64,000 nt of DNA from the NCBI GenBank assembly GCA_965242865.1, contig CBDETK010000013.1:2688001-2752000 (forward strand), written 5' to 3'. Below are positions 10,201 through 19,765 of this stretch, one piece after another. Numbering within the stretch: position 1 is the first letter of the stretch; the number at the start of each line of letters is the position of its first letter. The translations under genes and the position numbers were made by a program. Under the pieces are notes generated by a model. It made no database searches, was not told the DNA's origin, and saw only the letters and a program-made list of their open reading frames with translations. This stretch comes from Candidatus Latescibacterota bacterium. GTDB taxonomy: Bacteria; Latescibacterota; UBA2968; UBA8231.

Positions 10201-10730
10201 TGCAGGTCCGCGATAAAGCAGCCAATCGCCTCGGTCGCGCTCGGGTCTGGGGAGCGTCCAGCGAGGGCGGCCTCTAGGGCGTTGGCGAGGTCGTGCCGGG
10301 TCGGCTGGGGGCGCACTTGGTCGAAGGCGGCGTAGCGGTCGTCAATGCGGCCCCGATAGAGGATGTTGCCGCGCCCACCCAACACCACGGCTTCTGGGGT
10401 CGCGGTCGCGCCGACTCTTTTGACGAGGGCGTGCTGCACATCCCGCAGGGCGCGGCCCGGCAAGCCGTATTCCCGGCCGTGGCGGCGGATGGCATCCGCA
10501 TCTTCGCCGCGGTCGGGGTAAATCAAGTAGAACGCAACGCCTTGCGGCTCGAAGCGGGCGTGGAGCCGGGCGATGGTTGGGGCGTAGCGGTTGGAGATGG
10601 GGCAATCGGTCTGGACGAAGAGCAACACCGCCACGGAATCGCGGTTGACAAAGGGATCGACCGAATGGCCGGCCAAGTCGAGGGCTTGGGGGGGATCGGC
10701 GCGGCACCCCAGCAGCACAGAGGCGAGCAT
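10197..10730 (-). CDS. Redoxin/thioredoxin-like lipoprotein
   Basis: TDCPISNRY, GATATPEAVV, YRGRIDD, IGC; 4-bp overlap with the next gene; start uncertain. Confidence 0.8.
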   Translation of the reverse strand: MLASVLLGCRADPPQALDLAGHSVDPFVNRDSVAVLLFVQTDCPISNRYAPTIARLHARFEPQGVAFYLIYPDRGEDADAIRRHGREYGLPGRALRDVQHALVKRVGATATPEAVVLGGRGNILYRGRIDDRYAAFDQVRPQPTRHDLANALEAALAGRSPDPSATEAIGCFIADLQ

Positions 10731-10910
10731 CGCTAAGAAAGTACACGACAGTACCGGCCTGCCTTCCACGGATCGAGGGCATCTTGCCCTCGCTCTCAGA
10801 TGCAGCGGGAACCGCAGAAAAGGCGGATTTAACGCAGGGGGCGTGTACCTAGCTAAGACCATGCAAAAAGAAAACGGATATTGGACGCCGTCGGCAAGAT
10901 GGCTACGCAG

Positions 10911-10939
10911 GGAATGCCTTTGGCCCTTACATTGTCTAA
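10911..10939 (+). promoter_or_regulatory. Putative ECF promoter for the sigma gene (leaderless start likely)
   Basis: GGAAT-N18-GTCTAA ending 4 nt before ATG 10944; same motif at 12306 and 13114. Confidence 0.65.
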
Positions 10940-10943
10940 CAGT

Positions 10944-11510
10944 ATGTCCGAGCAAGCGGGCACAGACCGCGCCCTAATCGACCAAGTGCGCGCTGGCGAC
11001 GAAGCGGCCTTGCGCACCCTGATTGAACGCTATGAGCCTCAAGTAGCGGCCACCGTCGTGGGCATGCTGGGGCCGGGCGACGAGGCCGACGATGTGGGGC
11101 AAGAGACCTTTGTCCGGTTCTACCAATCGCTGGATGCGTTTCGCGGCGACGCAGTGCTGGGAACCTATTTGACCCGCATTGCCATCAATCTCTCGCACAA
11201 CGCGCTCGCCCAGCGCAAGCGGCGGCGCGGGCGGTTCTGGAGCCGCGACCACGAGCAAGCGCCGCCCGAGCCGAGCGTCGATGGCCGCGACGAACAAACC
11301 AAGCGCGAGCGAGCGCAAGCCGTGCAGGCGGCCCTCGCCCAGCTCAAGCCGGCCTTTCGGGCCGTGGTGGTGCTGCGGATGATGGAGGGCTACTCAACCA
11401 AGGAGACGGCCGCGCTGTTGGCCATCGCCGAGGGCACGGTGCTCTCGCGGCTTGCGCGCGGCATGAAACAACTGGCGACCATCCTCAACCCCGAGGATTT
11501 ATATGACTGA
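10944..11510 (+). CDS. ECF RNA polymerase sigma factor
   Basis: DVGQETF, FRGDA..TYLTRIAIN region 2; GYSTKETA...GTVLSRLARG region 4. Confidence 0.93.
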   Translation: MSEQAGTDRALIDQVRAGDEAALRTLIERYEPQVAATVVGMLGPGDEADDVGQETFVRFYQSLDAFRGDAVLGTYLTRIAINLSHNALAQRKRRRGRFWSRDHEQAPPEPSVDGRDEQTKRERAQAVQAALAQLKPAFRAVVVLRMMEGYSTKETAALLAIAEGTVLSRLARGMKQLATILNPEDLYD

Positions 11511-11910
11511 CAGCTATCGCAGCGAAATGCTAAGGGCGCTGGCCGGCGAATTAACCGCGCAAGAACGCACGGCCTTTGAGCGCGCCCTCGCGACGGACGA
11601 CGCGCTCCGCGCCGACTGGGAGCACCTGCAAAAAGTCAGCGACCTTTTGCAGGAGAGCCGCGCGGACTCGTTCCGGCCGTTCTTTGCCGCCCGCGCCGTG
11701 CAGCGCATCAAACGCCGCGAGGAAAGCCTAACCGATGCGCTCGTGTGGCTCTTCCGCCCGCTCGCCCCGGTCGTTTTAGCGGTCGTCGCCTTTTTGGCCC
11801 TGAGCAACTGGAACGAGCGCGAGCTCGTGGGCGACGACGCCTCGTTCCTCGCCGCGATTTTCACCACCGTGCCGGCCACACCCCAAGCGGCTTACGTAAT
11901 GGACTTATGA
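11503..11910 (+). CDS. Putative anti-sigma factor (single TM)
   Basis: GELT..ER..FE..L N-terminal helix plus a TM segment; overlaps the sigma gene. Confidence 0.7.
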   Translation: MTDSYRSEMLRALAGELTAQERTAFERALATDDALRADWEHLQKVSDLLQESRADSFRPFFAARAVQRIKRREESLTDALVWLFRPLAPVVLAVVAFLALSNWNERELVGDDASFLAAIFTTVPATPQAAYVMDL

Positions 11911-11911
11911 C

Positions 11912-12316
11912 ATGCGACAGAGGACCAAGGGCGCACTCATTCTCTTTAGCACCCTGCTCATCGGCGTTCTAATAGGGGCCTTGCTCTCCGGGTGGTTTGT
12001 CCGCGACCGCCTGCGGCCCATTCCGCATCCCCGCCACTTCGCCCGCAGCACCGAGCGGCTGATCGCGCCGCAAGACGAAGAGCAACGCCGAGCCGTGCGA
12101 GCCGTGCTGCGGCGCTACGCCACCCAACTCCGCGCCCTCGACGCCGAGCATCGGGAGGCCCTAAAGGAGCAGCTAGCGGCGGCGCGGGCCGAGCTGGCCC
12201 CGTTGTTGTCGGCGGACCAACTGCAGCGGCTGGATCGGCGGCAGCGGCGGTTCGGGGAGCTGATGGGGCCTTGGCGCGAGCGGCACAAAAAAATGAAACC
12301 GCGTGGGAATGAATAG
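11912..12316 (+). CDS. Periplasmic heavy-metal-sensor/Spy-like helical protein
   Basis: N-terminal TM, LSADQ helical motif; third gene of the ECF operon. Confidence 0.6.
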   Translation: MRQRTKGALILFSTLLIGVLIGALLSGWFVRDRLRPIPHPRHFARSTERLIAPQDEEQRRAVRAVLRRYATQLRALDAEHREALKEQLAAARAELAPLLSADQLQRLDRRQRRFGELMGPWRERHKKMKPRGNE

Positions 12317-12334
12317 CATCCATCGGTGGTCTAA
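12306..12334 (+). promoter_or_regulatory. Putative ECF promoter for the spy-like gene
   Basis: GGAAT-N18-GTCTAA. Confidence 0.65.
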
Positions 12335-12421
12335 TGGGGCAAGAGAAGAGAAATGGCCATTCTCAACGAGCCGCCCCTAGCGGCGACTACCCCAACGAAC
12401 CACCAACGCGGAGAACGCAAC

Positions 12422-13003
12422 ATGAAAAAGAACTGGATCATCTCAGCCGGTGTCGCGCTGGCCCTCGGTGCGCTGGCCACCGTGGCTGTCGCCGAGCGCG
12501 GGGGCAAGCAGCCCGCGCTGAGGATGCTGAACCGTCTCGACCTGACCGCCGAGCAGCAGGAGCAGTTGCAGGAGTTGCGCGACGCCATGCACGCACAGCG
12601 CGAGACCATGGCCGCAGTGAACGAGGAGTACCGCGAAGCACTGATGAACATTTTGACCGACCAGCAGCGGGAGGCCCTGAAAGAAATGCGCGGCCGGCGC
12701 GGCTGGGCGGGCAAGGGTCGGCACGACAGGGACCACGACATGCGGCACGACATGCGGCGCGGTGACAGGGATCGCGACATGCGGCGCGGCGGCCCAGGTG
12801 CGTTTTCAAGGTTGGATTTGACCGCCGAGCAGCGCGAGCAGCTCAAGGCATTGCGCCAAGAGCAGCGCGCGGAAAGGCGCGCAACGCGCCAAAAGCACCG
12901 CACGGCCTTGGAAAGCGTCTTGACCGACCAACAGCGCGAAAGGCTCGAACTGCTCAAGGACGAGGCGTTTTACGGCGGCAAACGCTGGCGCGGCAAGCGG
13001 TAA
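12422..13003 (+). CDS. Spy/CpxP family chaperone
   Basis: Signal peptide and four LTxEQ/LTDQQ motifs; GGAG RBS. Confidence 0.85.
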   Translation: MKKNWIISAGVALALGALATVAVAERGGKQPALRMLNRLDLTAEQQEQLQELRDAMHAQRETMAAVNEEYREALMNILTDQQREALKEMRGRRGWAGKGRHDRDHDMRHDMRRGDRDRDMRRGGPGAFSRLDLTAEQREQLKALRQEQRAERRATRQKHRTALESVLTDQQRERLELLKDEAFYGGKRWRGKR

Positions 13004-13027
13004 GCACCGTTCCTACGTTCTTTTGCG

Positions 13028-13059
13028 ACGCGGAGCAGCTAGTCTGCTCCGCGTTTTTT
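13028..13059 (+). terminator. Intrinsic terminator
   Basis: 11-bp perfect stem ACGCGGAGCAG/CTGCTCCGCGT followed by a T-run. Confidence 0.85.
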
Positions 13060-13113
13060 ATGCTCTGGCCGAGGCCAAGCGCGGCGATCGCAAACAAAAC
13101 CTTAAAAAAAGCG

Positions 13114-13142
13114 GGAAATGAATCGCAGGGTCGGTCGTCTAA
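13114..13142 (+). promoter_or_regulatory. Putative ECF promoter for the second spy-like copy
   Basis: GGAAA-N18-GTCTAA, then TGGGGCA as at 12329-12341. Confidence 0.6.
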
Positions 13143-13182
13143 TGGGGCATCCCCAATCACCACTCAATTGCGGAGAGAGACC

Positions 13183-13509
13183 ATGAAAAGGAAACCGATC
13201 GTCCTAGCGGGCGTCGCGCTGGCCCTTGGGGCCCTCGTCGCCGTGGCAGTGACCGCGCACGAGGAGCACAGCTCACTCTTCTTAGGGCATCTCGGCCTGA
13301 CCGACGAGCAGCAGGAGCAGTTGCAAGCATTGCGCAAGCAGCACGAGGAAGCCATGCTCGCGCAGCACGAGACCATGGCCGCCATGCGCGAGGAGTTCCG
13401 CGAAGCCGCGAGCGAAATGTTGACCGAGGAGCAGCGGGCTACCCTAGGGCCGCATCTAGCGATGTGGACATACACATTCCCGCGCAAGCGGGAATCCAGC
13501 CTCGAATGA
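13183..13509 (+). pseudogene. Truncated Spy/CpxP paralog
   Basis: Similar to 12422-13003 up to LTEEQR, then reads into a palindromic repeat and stops. Confidence 0.6.
13476..13495. repeat. ATTCCC-N8-GGGAAT palindromic repeat (dRS3/REP-like)
   Basis: ATTCCCGCGCAAGCGGGAAT. Confidence 0.7.
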
Positions 13510-13620
13510 TGTAGGATTGCTATATGACGGCCAGTACCCGATTTGGCAGCCCCCCCTTTTTCTAAGTACCTTTAGCCATCCGCTACCAACTTTTCACACG
13601 ACACCTCCTACGAGCTCCTT

Positions 13621-14463
13621 ATGATAATTGACTCGCATACCCACGCTTGGGAATACTGGCCCTACGAGCCGCCCGTGCCCGATCACAACAGCCGCGGCCG
13701 GGCCGAGCAACTGCTGTGGGAAATGGACCGCAACGGGGTCGATAAGGCCGTGCTGGTCTGCGCTCGCATTGAGCACAATCCCCACAACAACGATTACGTC
13801 GCCGAACAAGTCCGCGCCCAGCCAGATCGCTTGGTGCAATTCGCCGACGTGGATTGCTCGTGGTCGGCAGAATACCACACCCCGGGCGCGGCCGAGCGGC
13901 TCAAAGCGGCCGCGGCACAGTACCAGCTCAAGGGCTATACTCATTACGTAAAGGGCGATACCGAGTGGTTCGCGTCCGCCGACGGGCTTGCGTTTTTCAG
14001 CGCGACAGCCGACCTGAACCTGATCGCCAGCCTAGCCTTGGGGCCGCAGTGGCAGCCGGCACTGCGCGATCTGGCGCGGCGCTTTCCAGCGGTGACCTTT
14101 CTCTGTCACCACATGGCCGGCGCCAATGCGCACGAGGAAGCACCGCACCCCAACCTACAAGAGATTCTGCGCTCGGCCGAGGTGCCCAACATCTACATCA
14201 AGCTCTCGGGCTTTCACTACGCTTCGCACGTTTCGTGGGATTACCCCTACTCGGATACGCACCACATCGTGCGCCAGCTATACGAGCACTTCGGCCCCCA
14301 GCGGCTGTGCTGGGGCTCGGATTACCCGGTCGTGCGCTTCAACATGACCTACCAGCACGCGCTCGAGGCCTTCCGCACGCACTGCACCTTCATACCAGAC
14401 GAACACAAGCGCCTGATCTTGGGCCAGAACTTGGCCGACCTGCTCGACCGAGCCGGCCCTTGA
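13621..14463 (+). CDS. Amidohydrolase family 2 protein
   Basis: IIDSHTH, YIKLSG, WGSDYP. Confidence 0.9.
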   Translation: MIIDSHTHAWEYWPYEPPVPDHNSRGRAEQLLWEMDRNGVDKAVLVCARIEHNPHNNDYVAEQVRAQPDRLVQFADVDCSWSAEYHTPGAAERLKAAAAQYQLKGYTHYVKGDTEWFASADGLAFFSATADLNLIASLALGPQWQPALRDLARRFPAVTFLCHHMAGANAHEEAPHPNLQEILRSAEVPNIYIKLSGFHYASHVSWDYPYSDTHHIVRQLYEHFGPQRLCWGSDYPVVRFNMTYQHALEAFRTHCTFIPDEHKRLILGQNLADLLDRAGP

Positions 14464-14481
14464 TCGCTTTGGCCGAGGATC

Positions 14482-15882
14482 ATGCTACCGCCCGCATACC
14501 CCAAGCGCATAAGCTGCACAATTCGCCGCTACTTGCTCCTATCCTCAATTCTCGTCGGCTGTAGTTCCGGCGGCCCGGGGCCGGTCCAGACGACCGGGCA
14601 CGAGGCCGATTCGACTTGGGACCTCATCCAAACGAAAATTTTCGCCGGCCAATGCGTTAGCTGTCACACGGCCGGGGCCTCGTTTGGCCGTCAGTCCGGG
14701 CTCGTGCTCACGCCAGACGTGGCCTACGAACAGCTCGTGGGGGCCGCGCCGACGAATGCGGCCGCGCGGGCCGATGGGCTGCTGCGGGTCAGCGACCTCG
14801 GGCAGGGCATGCCCGGCCTGCTCAAGAGCTATTTGTGGGAGAAGATCAACGCGCCCGACCAGCAGCACTTCTATGGCGACCATCCCTACTACGGGGAAAT
14901 AATGCCCTTTGGCGGCAAGCCCCTGACCAACGGCGAGTTGGCCTTTATCCGCGCTTGGATCGAAGCGGGCGCACCGGCGACCGGCCACGTGGCCGACGTA
15001 GCCCTCTTGGAGGACGAGTCGCGCTACGAGGTGCCGGAGTTCAAGCCCTTGGCCGCGCCGGAAAACGGCGTCCAACTACACTTGCCGCCTTTTGAGATCC
15101 AGCCCAATTCCGAGCGCGAGATCTTTGTAGTCCATCCGCTGAACAACCCAGACGATGTATTCCTAGAGCGCGTCCAGATCGCGATGAAGGCCGGCTCGCA
15201 CCACTTCCTACTCTACACCTTTGAGGACGACACCCCCCCTGCGATCCTACCGGAACCCTACGAATACCGCGACTTGCACGACGGCACTGGCCAGTACGTC
15301 TTTGAAACCTTGCGGACGCAATTCTACCACCTGCCAATCGCCGGCAGCCAGTGGCCTTTCTTCGATTTTTCCCTGCCGCCCGGCGTGGCGATGCGGCTGC
15401 CCAAAAACACCCTGCTCGATCTCAACTCGCACTATGTCAATCGCACCAGTCAGCCCGTCACCGGCGAGGTTTATACCAACTTGCACTTTGCCGACCCAGC
15501 CGAGGTAGAGCACGAGGCCCGGCTCCTTTCTTTGAACAATTTTTCGATTGCCCTGCCGGCCGAGAAGGTAACGACCTTAGCGAAGGATTTTATCTTTTCC
15601 GAGCGGACCCACATCGTGCAGCTCGTCTCGCACGCTCATCGGCTCATGGTAGAATTTCGGGTCGAAATGATTGGGGGAGCGCGCGACGGCGAACTGATTT
15701 ACGTCGCGTACGACTGGGAACACCCGCCAATTCTGCGGTTCGACCCGCCGCTCGTCCTAGAGCGCGGGGAGGGCTTCAGACTAGAAACGACCTATGACAA
15801 CTGGACCGACCAAGAGGTCAATTTCGGTTTGTTGTCAACGGACGAGATGATGATTCTCTTTGGGATGTACTACGAGGAATAA
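14482..15882 (+). CDS. Lipoprotein: heme-c domain + Cu type II monooxygenase-like domains
   Basis: LVGC lipobox; CVSCH...MP...WIEAGA; SHH, NSH, SHAH, DEMM. Confidence 0.7.
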   Translation: MLPPAYPKRISCTIRRYLLLSSILVGCSSGGPGPVQTTGHEADSTWDLIQTKIFAGQCVSCHTAGASFGRQSGLVLTPDVAYEQLVGAAPTNAAARADGLLRVSDLGQGMPGLLKSYLWEKINAPDQQHFYGDHPYYGEIMPFGGKPLTNGELAFIRAWIEAGAPATGHVADVALLEDESRYEVPEFKPLAAPENGVQLHLPPFEIQPNSEREIFVVHPLNNPDDVFLERVQIAMKAGSHHFLLYTFEDDTPPAILPEPYEYRDLHDGTGQYVFETLRTQFYHLPIAGSQWPFFDFSLPPGVAMRLPKNTLLDLNSHYVNRTSQPVTGEVYTNLHFADPAEVEHEARLLSLNNFSIALPAEKVTTLAKDFIFSERTHIVQLVSHAHRLMVEFRVEMIGGARDGELIYVAYDWEHPPILRFDPPLVLERGEGFRLETTYDNWTDQEVNFGLLSTDEMMILFGMYYEE

Positions 15883-16031
15883 CGCCGAGAGGGGCGCGTA
15901 CAGGGCGTGGGGCGTTTGACTTTCTGCTTGAAAATATCTTGAATACCGAATTGCTCTCAGCGCAACTACGCGCCGGGTAGCCCAAAGGACTGTCGAACCA
16001 AAACAGCTAGCTAAAAGGAGGATTGAGTTCC

Positions 16032-16868
16032 ATGGACGAGTCGAGAAGCGATGCGAGATATACGATGGGGCGCACCGAGGGGGAGGAGGAGCGTCTGATT
16101 CAGCAGTCGCGGCTATACGACGCGGTGACGCGGCGTTTTTTTAAGGAGGCGGGCCTCAGCAGCGGGATGAAGGTGCTCGACATTGGCAGCGGCGCCGGGG
16201 ATGTGGCCCTGACTGCGGCCGAGTTGGTCGGCCCCGAAGGAAGCGTCGTGGGCGTGGATGTAAATCCGGCGATTCTCGAGACCGCGCAGGCACGGGCGCA
16301 GGGCGCGGGATATACCAACGTCGAATTCATCGCCGGGGACGCCCGGACCTTGGACTTGGGCAACGACTTTGACGCCCTGATCGGCCGGCTGGTCCTCATG
16401 TACATGGCCGATCCCGCCGACGCCCTAAAGCAGCTAGCGACGCGCCTGCGCCCGGGGGGGATCGTGGCCTTTCAGGAAGCGGATTTTATCTTCTATCGGC
16501 AGATGTATCGGTCAGAGACGCTGCTGGCAAACGAGCTGATTGATTGGGCTATCCAAGCGTTTGAGCGTTCTGGGGCGCACAGCGACATGGGGTTCGGCCT
16601 GTACCGCGCATTCGTCGAGGCGGGGCTGCCCGAGCCGTACATGCACTTTGAGGCACCGGTCGGCGGGCCGGAGGATTGGGCTGGCTACCAATTCGTCGCC
16701 GACAGCTTTCGCAGCATGCTCCCACTCATAGAAGAGTACGGGATTGCCACGGCAGAGGAAGTCGATGTAGATACCCTAGCCGAGCGGGTGCGGCGCGAAG
16801 TGGTGACGACCAAACGCCCGGTGGCCTTAGTGCCCCATGTAACGGCTTGGGCGCAGCTTGCGAGCTAA
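16032..16868 (+). CDS. Class I SAM-dependent methyltransferase
   Basis: VLDIGSGAGD, GVD, LRPGG. Confidence 0.92.
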   Translation: MDESRSDARYTMGRTEGEEERLIQQSRLYDAVTRRFFKEAGLSSGMKVLDIGSGAGDVALTAAELVGPEGSVVGVDVNPAILETAQARAQGAGYTNVEFIAGDARTLDLGNDFDALIGRLVLMYMADPADALKQLATRLRPGGIVAFQEADFIFYRQMYRSETLLANELIDWAIQAFERSGAHSDMGFGLYRAFVEAGLPEPYMHFEAPVGGPEDWAGYQFVADSFRSMLPLIEEYGIATAEEVDVDTLAERVRREVVTTKRPVALVPHVTAWAQLAS

Positions 16869-16946
16869 CAAATCGGGCCATCTCGCATCGCCGCTCGCTC
16901 CGTAAGTTTGCATTGTTTTTTTACGGTTGTTCCGTAAATTTGCAAT

Positions 16947-18128
16947 GTGCAGAATTCCTCAATACAGCGCTTACTCGAATTGCCCGAGCGTTCCTTTTTC
17001 CTCTTCGGTCCGCGTGGAGTGGGTAAAAGCACTTGGCTGCGCCAAGCCTTGCCTAATGCCGCCTTCTTCGACCTGCTCGACGCGGCCCTCTATTTACAGC
17101 TATCTCATAACCCCCATGACCTAGAGGCACTCGTCGGCGATAGGGCGGCGGATTCGTGGATCGTGCTCGACGAAATCCAGAAAATACCCGCCCTCTTAGA
17201 CGAGGTGCATCGCCTGCTGGAAACGCGACGCTGGCGTTTTGCCCTCTGCGGCTCATCGGCGCGCACATTGCGGCGCGGCGGCGTCAACCTGCTCGGCGGA
17301 CGCGCCCTGACCCGCGTTATGGCGCCGTTTTCCCAGCGGGAGTTGGGTGCCCGCTTCGACGCTGAGTTCTCCCTGCAATGGGGCCTTTTGCCCCTCGTGC
17401 AAGCGGATCCACGGTACGCGGCCGACCTACTGTACGCGTATGTCCACACGTACATCAAAGAAGAGATCAGCGAGGAGGGCTTGGTGCGCCGCCTGCCTCC
17501 TTTCCTCCGCTTTCTCGAAGTCGCTGGGCTACTCAATGGCCAAGTAGTAAACGGCCAAAACGTCGCCCGCGATGCCGCCATCCCGCGCAGTAGCGTCGAT
17601 GGGTATTTCTCCATTCTCCAAGATACCTTGCTCGGGCACTTCCTACCCGCCTACCGCCCTCAGCTCAAAGTGCGCGAAAAGGCTCGTCCTAAGTTCTACT
17701 GGTTTGATGCGGGAGTGGCCCGGGCCGCGGCCGGCCTCGCCTATGATCCGCCCGATCGCTCGTGGCTGGGTACGGCCTTGGAGACCTTGGTCTATCACGA
17801 ACTGCGCGTCTATAATCACGTGCATCACAAACACCGCCCCATTGCCTTTTACCGCACCCCCGCTGGCGCGGAAATCGACTTTGTCATCGAAACGCGCAAG
17901 CGCACGGCTTCCGCACGGCCGCGGGTGGCCTGTTTGGAAGTCAAGTTGGCGGAAAAGTGGAACCGGAGTTGGGAGCGTCCCATGCGCTCCTTGCACCAGG
18001 CTGCCGGTATTGAAGTAGAGCGCATGATCGGCGTCTATACCGGCGGGCGGGTCTATCACTACGATGGCCTAGACGTGTGGCCGCTAGAGGAGTTTTTGCG
18101 CCGACTGTACGAGGGCGGAGTCTTTTAA
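16947..18128 (+). CDS. AAA_14 ATPase with DUF4143/PD-(D/E)XK C-terminus
   Basis: GPRGVGKS, LDEIQK, CGSS, KFYWFDAG, EIDFV..LEVK. Confidence 0.88.
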   Translation: MQNSSIQRLLELPERSFFLFGPRGVGKSTWLRQALPNAAFFDLLDAALYLQLSHNPHDLEALVGDRAADSWIVLDEIQKIPALLDEVHRLLETRRWRFALCGSSARTLRRGGVNLLGGRALTRVMAPFSQRELGARFDAEFSLQWGLLPLVQADPRYAADLLYAYVHTYIKEEISEEGLVRRLPPFLRFLEVAGLLNGQVVNGQNVARDAAIPRSSVDGYFSILQDTLLGHFLPAYRPQLKVREKARPKFYWFDAGVARAAAGLAYDPPDRSWLGTALETLVYHELRVYNHVHHKHRPIAFYRTPAGAEIDFVIETRKRTASARPRVACLEVKLAEKWNRSWERPMRSLHQAAGIEVERMIGVYTGGRVYHYDGLDVWPLEEFLRRLYEGGVF

Positions 18129-18313
18129 TCCGCAACCGAATTCTTTTTTTCGGCCCGCCTCTCCCTCCACTTCTGAATTACGCGCTTGACTGGATACCAT
18201 ATAAACCCCAATACCATCAGCCCTACCGCCCCTAGCAGGGTCAACAAGGCCCCGATGGACGCCAAGCCCGCTCCGGGGCCAATGTATGCCATGACGATGC
18301 CTTCCTCGTTCAT
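18125..18313 (-). CDS. Small membrane peptide (AYIGPG type)
   Basis: AYIGPGAG, hydrophobic helix, basic tail; GGAG RBS; overlaps the upstream gene stop. Confidence 0.7.
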   Translation of the reverse strand: MNEEGIVMAYIGPGAGLASIGALLTLLGAVGLMVLGFIWYPVKRVIQKWRERRAEKKNSVAD

Positions 18314-19707
18314 TGACTCGCTCCTTGATTGCGGATGTAGTAAAGTCCACTCATGTTGAATACGGCGGCTCGTTGCTTCCGTTTTTCGGGGAACTGCTCC
18401 AAGTTCGACACATCGTGCAGGGAATGGAAGACATTCAGCACCGCGCCATCGGCAAGGCGCACCTCAACAGCCACGCCACTATTGGCGAATGAGACCATCG
18501 CCCGGCGGCGGGCGGCGGAGATGTCGACGGTGCCTAGGGAGGCGGAGAACAGGTTCCGCAGGGGTTGGGGCGTCCGGTCGTTGGGAAAGATGGTCGTCTC
18601 CCGGCCATCGGCGAGGTCGATCCTGAGCAGCCGTGAGGGGCCGTAGGTCCCATCGCGGCCGTGATTGTCGAACATCAGAAAGGTCGCGCCCGTGAGGTGG
18701 TGGACGCTGTGTTGATAGAAGAAGCTGCCCCGAACCAGCCGCTTGACGCGCCCGGACTCGCCATCGAGGATAGCGAATGCGCTGAGATGGCGCAGGGACG
18801 CGACGAGGTCGCCCGGCGCGAGGCCCCACGTACCGCCAGCGTCGGCCCCAAGCCGGTGAATGAAGTTGAGGTGAAGGGGGTCGCACAGAACGTCACGTAT
18901 AACGGGCTTCGAGGTGGATTGCATGAGGTACGCGAATGGAGAATCGCGCAAGGCGTCGAGCAAGTTGATGCGCTTTAGGAGCTGTCCGTTCCCGTCGATG
19001 ATGTTTATCGCGTCGAGATACGGTCGGTTCGTGCCACACTTGAGCGTGAGGGTCTTTTGTAGTCTTGGGCCTCGCTTAAAGGATATGGACTCACGGCCAA
19101 CCAACGCGCCGGGCACCAGCGCGACGCCGTCGGCCTCGATATGCGGCCAGTGATGGCTGTAGTCGCGCCGGAACCAGACCGGATGCCCGTCGCGGTCGAT
19201 CCGCGCAACGCCCGCGCCAAAGGGGAAAGCAGCGTATTGGTGAAAGACCACCAACAGGTCGCCATTGGCGTAGTGCGATAGGCCGCTCACCCCCCCAATG
19301 AAAGAGGCGGCGGGGGATACCTCGTAGGGGAATTCGTCGGAGTGGGCGGCGGCGGCGGCCTGTTCGAGTTCCTCGCTGCGAAGCGGGTAGGCATGGGCGA
19401 CTTCGCCGGTGGCGGTGTACTCGACCGCTAAGCACCCTCCGTCGGGGCAATACTCGAGGAACTGGTGGCGTCCGCCCTGCCACAGCACCGGACCGCTGAG
19501 GGAATCGCCGGCCACGAACTGGAAGCGGTTGAAGGCCGCACGTTCCGGTGGCACATCGGCGGAGAAGCGTGCGAATGCGCCTTCGTCATGTGAACCGCGC
19601 AGCGTCCGCAAGGTCTTTACGCTGTCGGAGATGACCGGGTAGGGGAATAGCTTGTAGTGGACGACGAGACCTCCACAGGCGAAGGCCGCCAGCGCAAGGG
19701 CCGACAC
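18310..19707 (-). CDS. Arylsulfotransferase (ASST-like); natural start apparently frameshifted
   Basis: SHH, DPLHLN, SLRH, QHSVH, MFDN motifs; N-terminal TM ending LFPY. Confidence 0.75.
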   Translation of the reverse strand: MSALALAAFACGGLVVHYKLFPYPVISDSVKTLRTLRGSHDEGAFARFSADVPPERAAFNRFQFVAGDSLSGPVLWQGGRHQFLEYCPDGGCLAVEYTATGEVAHAYPLRSEELEQAAAAAHSDEFPYEVSPAASFIGGVSGLSHYANGDLLVVFHQYAAFPFGAGVARIDRDGHPVWFRRDYSHHWPHIEADGVALVPGALVGRESISFKRGPRLQKTLTLKCGTNRPYLDAINIIDGNGQLLKRINLLDALRDSPFAYLMQSTSKPVIRDVLCDPLHLNFIHRLGADAGGTWGLAPGDLVASLRHLSAFAILDGESGRVKRLVRGSFFYQHSVHHLTGATFLMFDNHGRDGTYGPSRLLRIDLADGRETTIFPNDRTPQPLRNLFSASLGTVDISAARRRAMVSFANSGVAVEVRLADGAVLNVFHSLHDVSNLEQFPEKRKQRAAVFNMSGLYYIRNQGASQ

Positions 19708-19755
19708 AAACAGCAGTTGGGGCAGACGATTCCGAAACGCAGGGCCGAATTTTTC

Positions 19756-19765
19756 GGGGGGGGGG
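19756..19765. repeat. G10 homopolymer (candidate phase-variation tract)
   Basis: Lies between upstream ATGs and the ASST reading frame. Confidence 0.6.
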
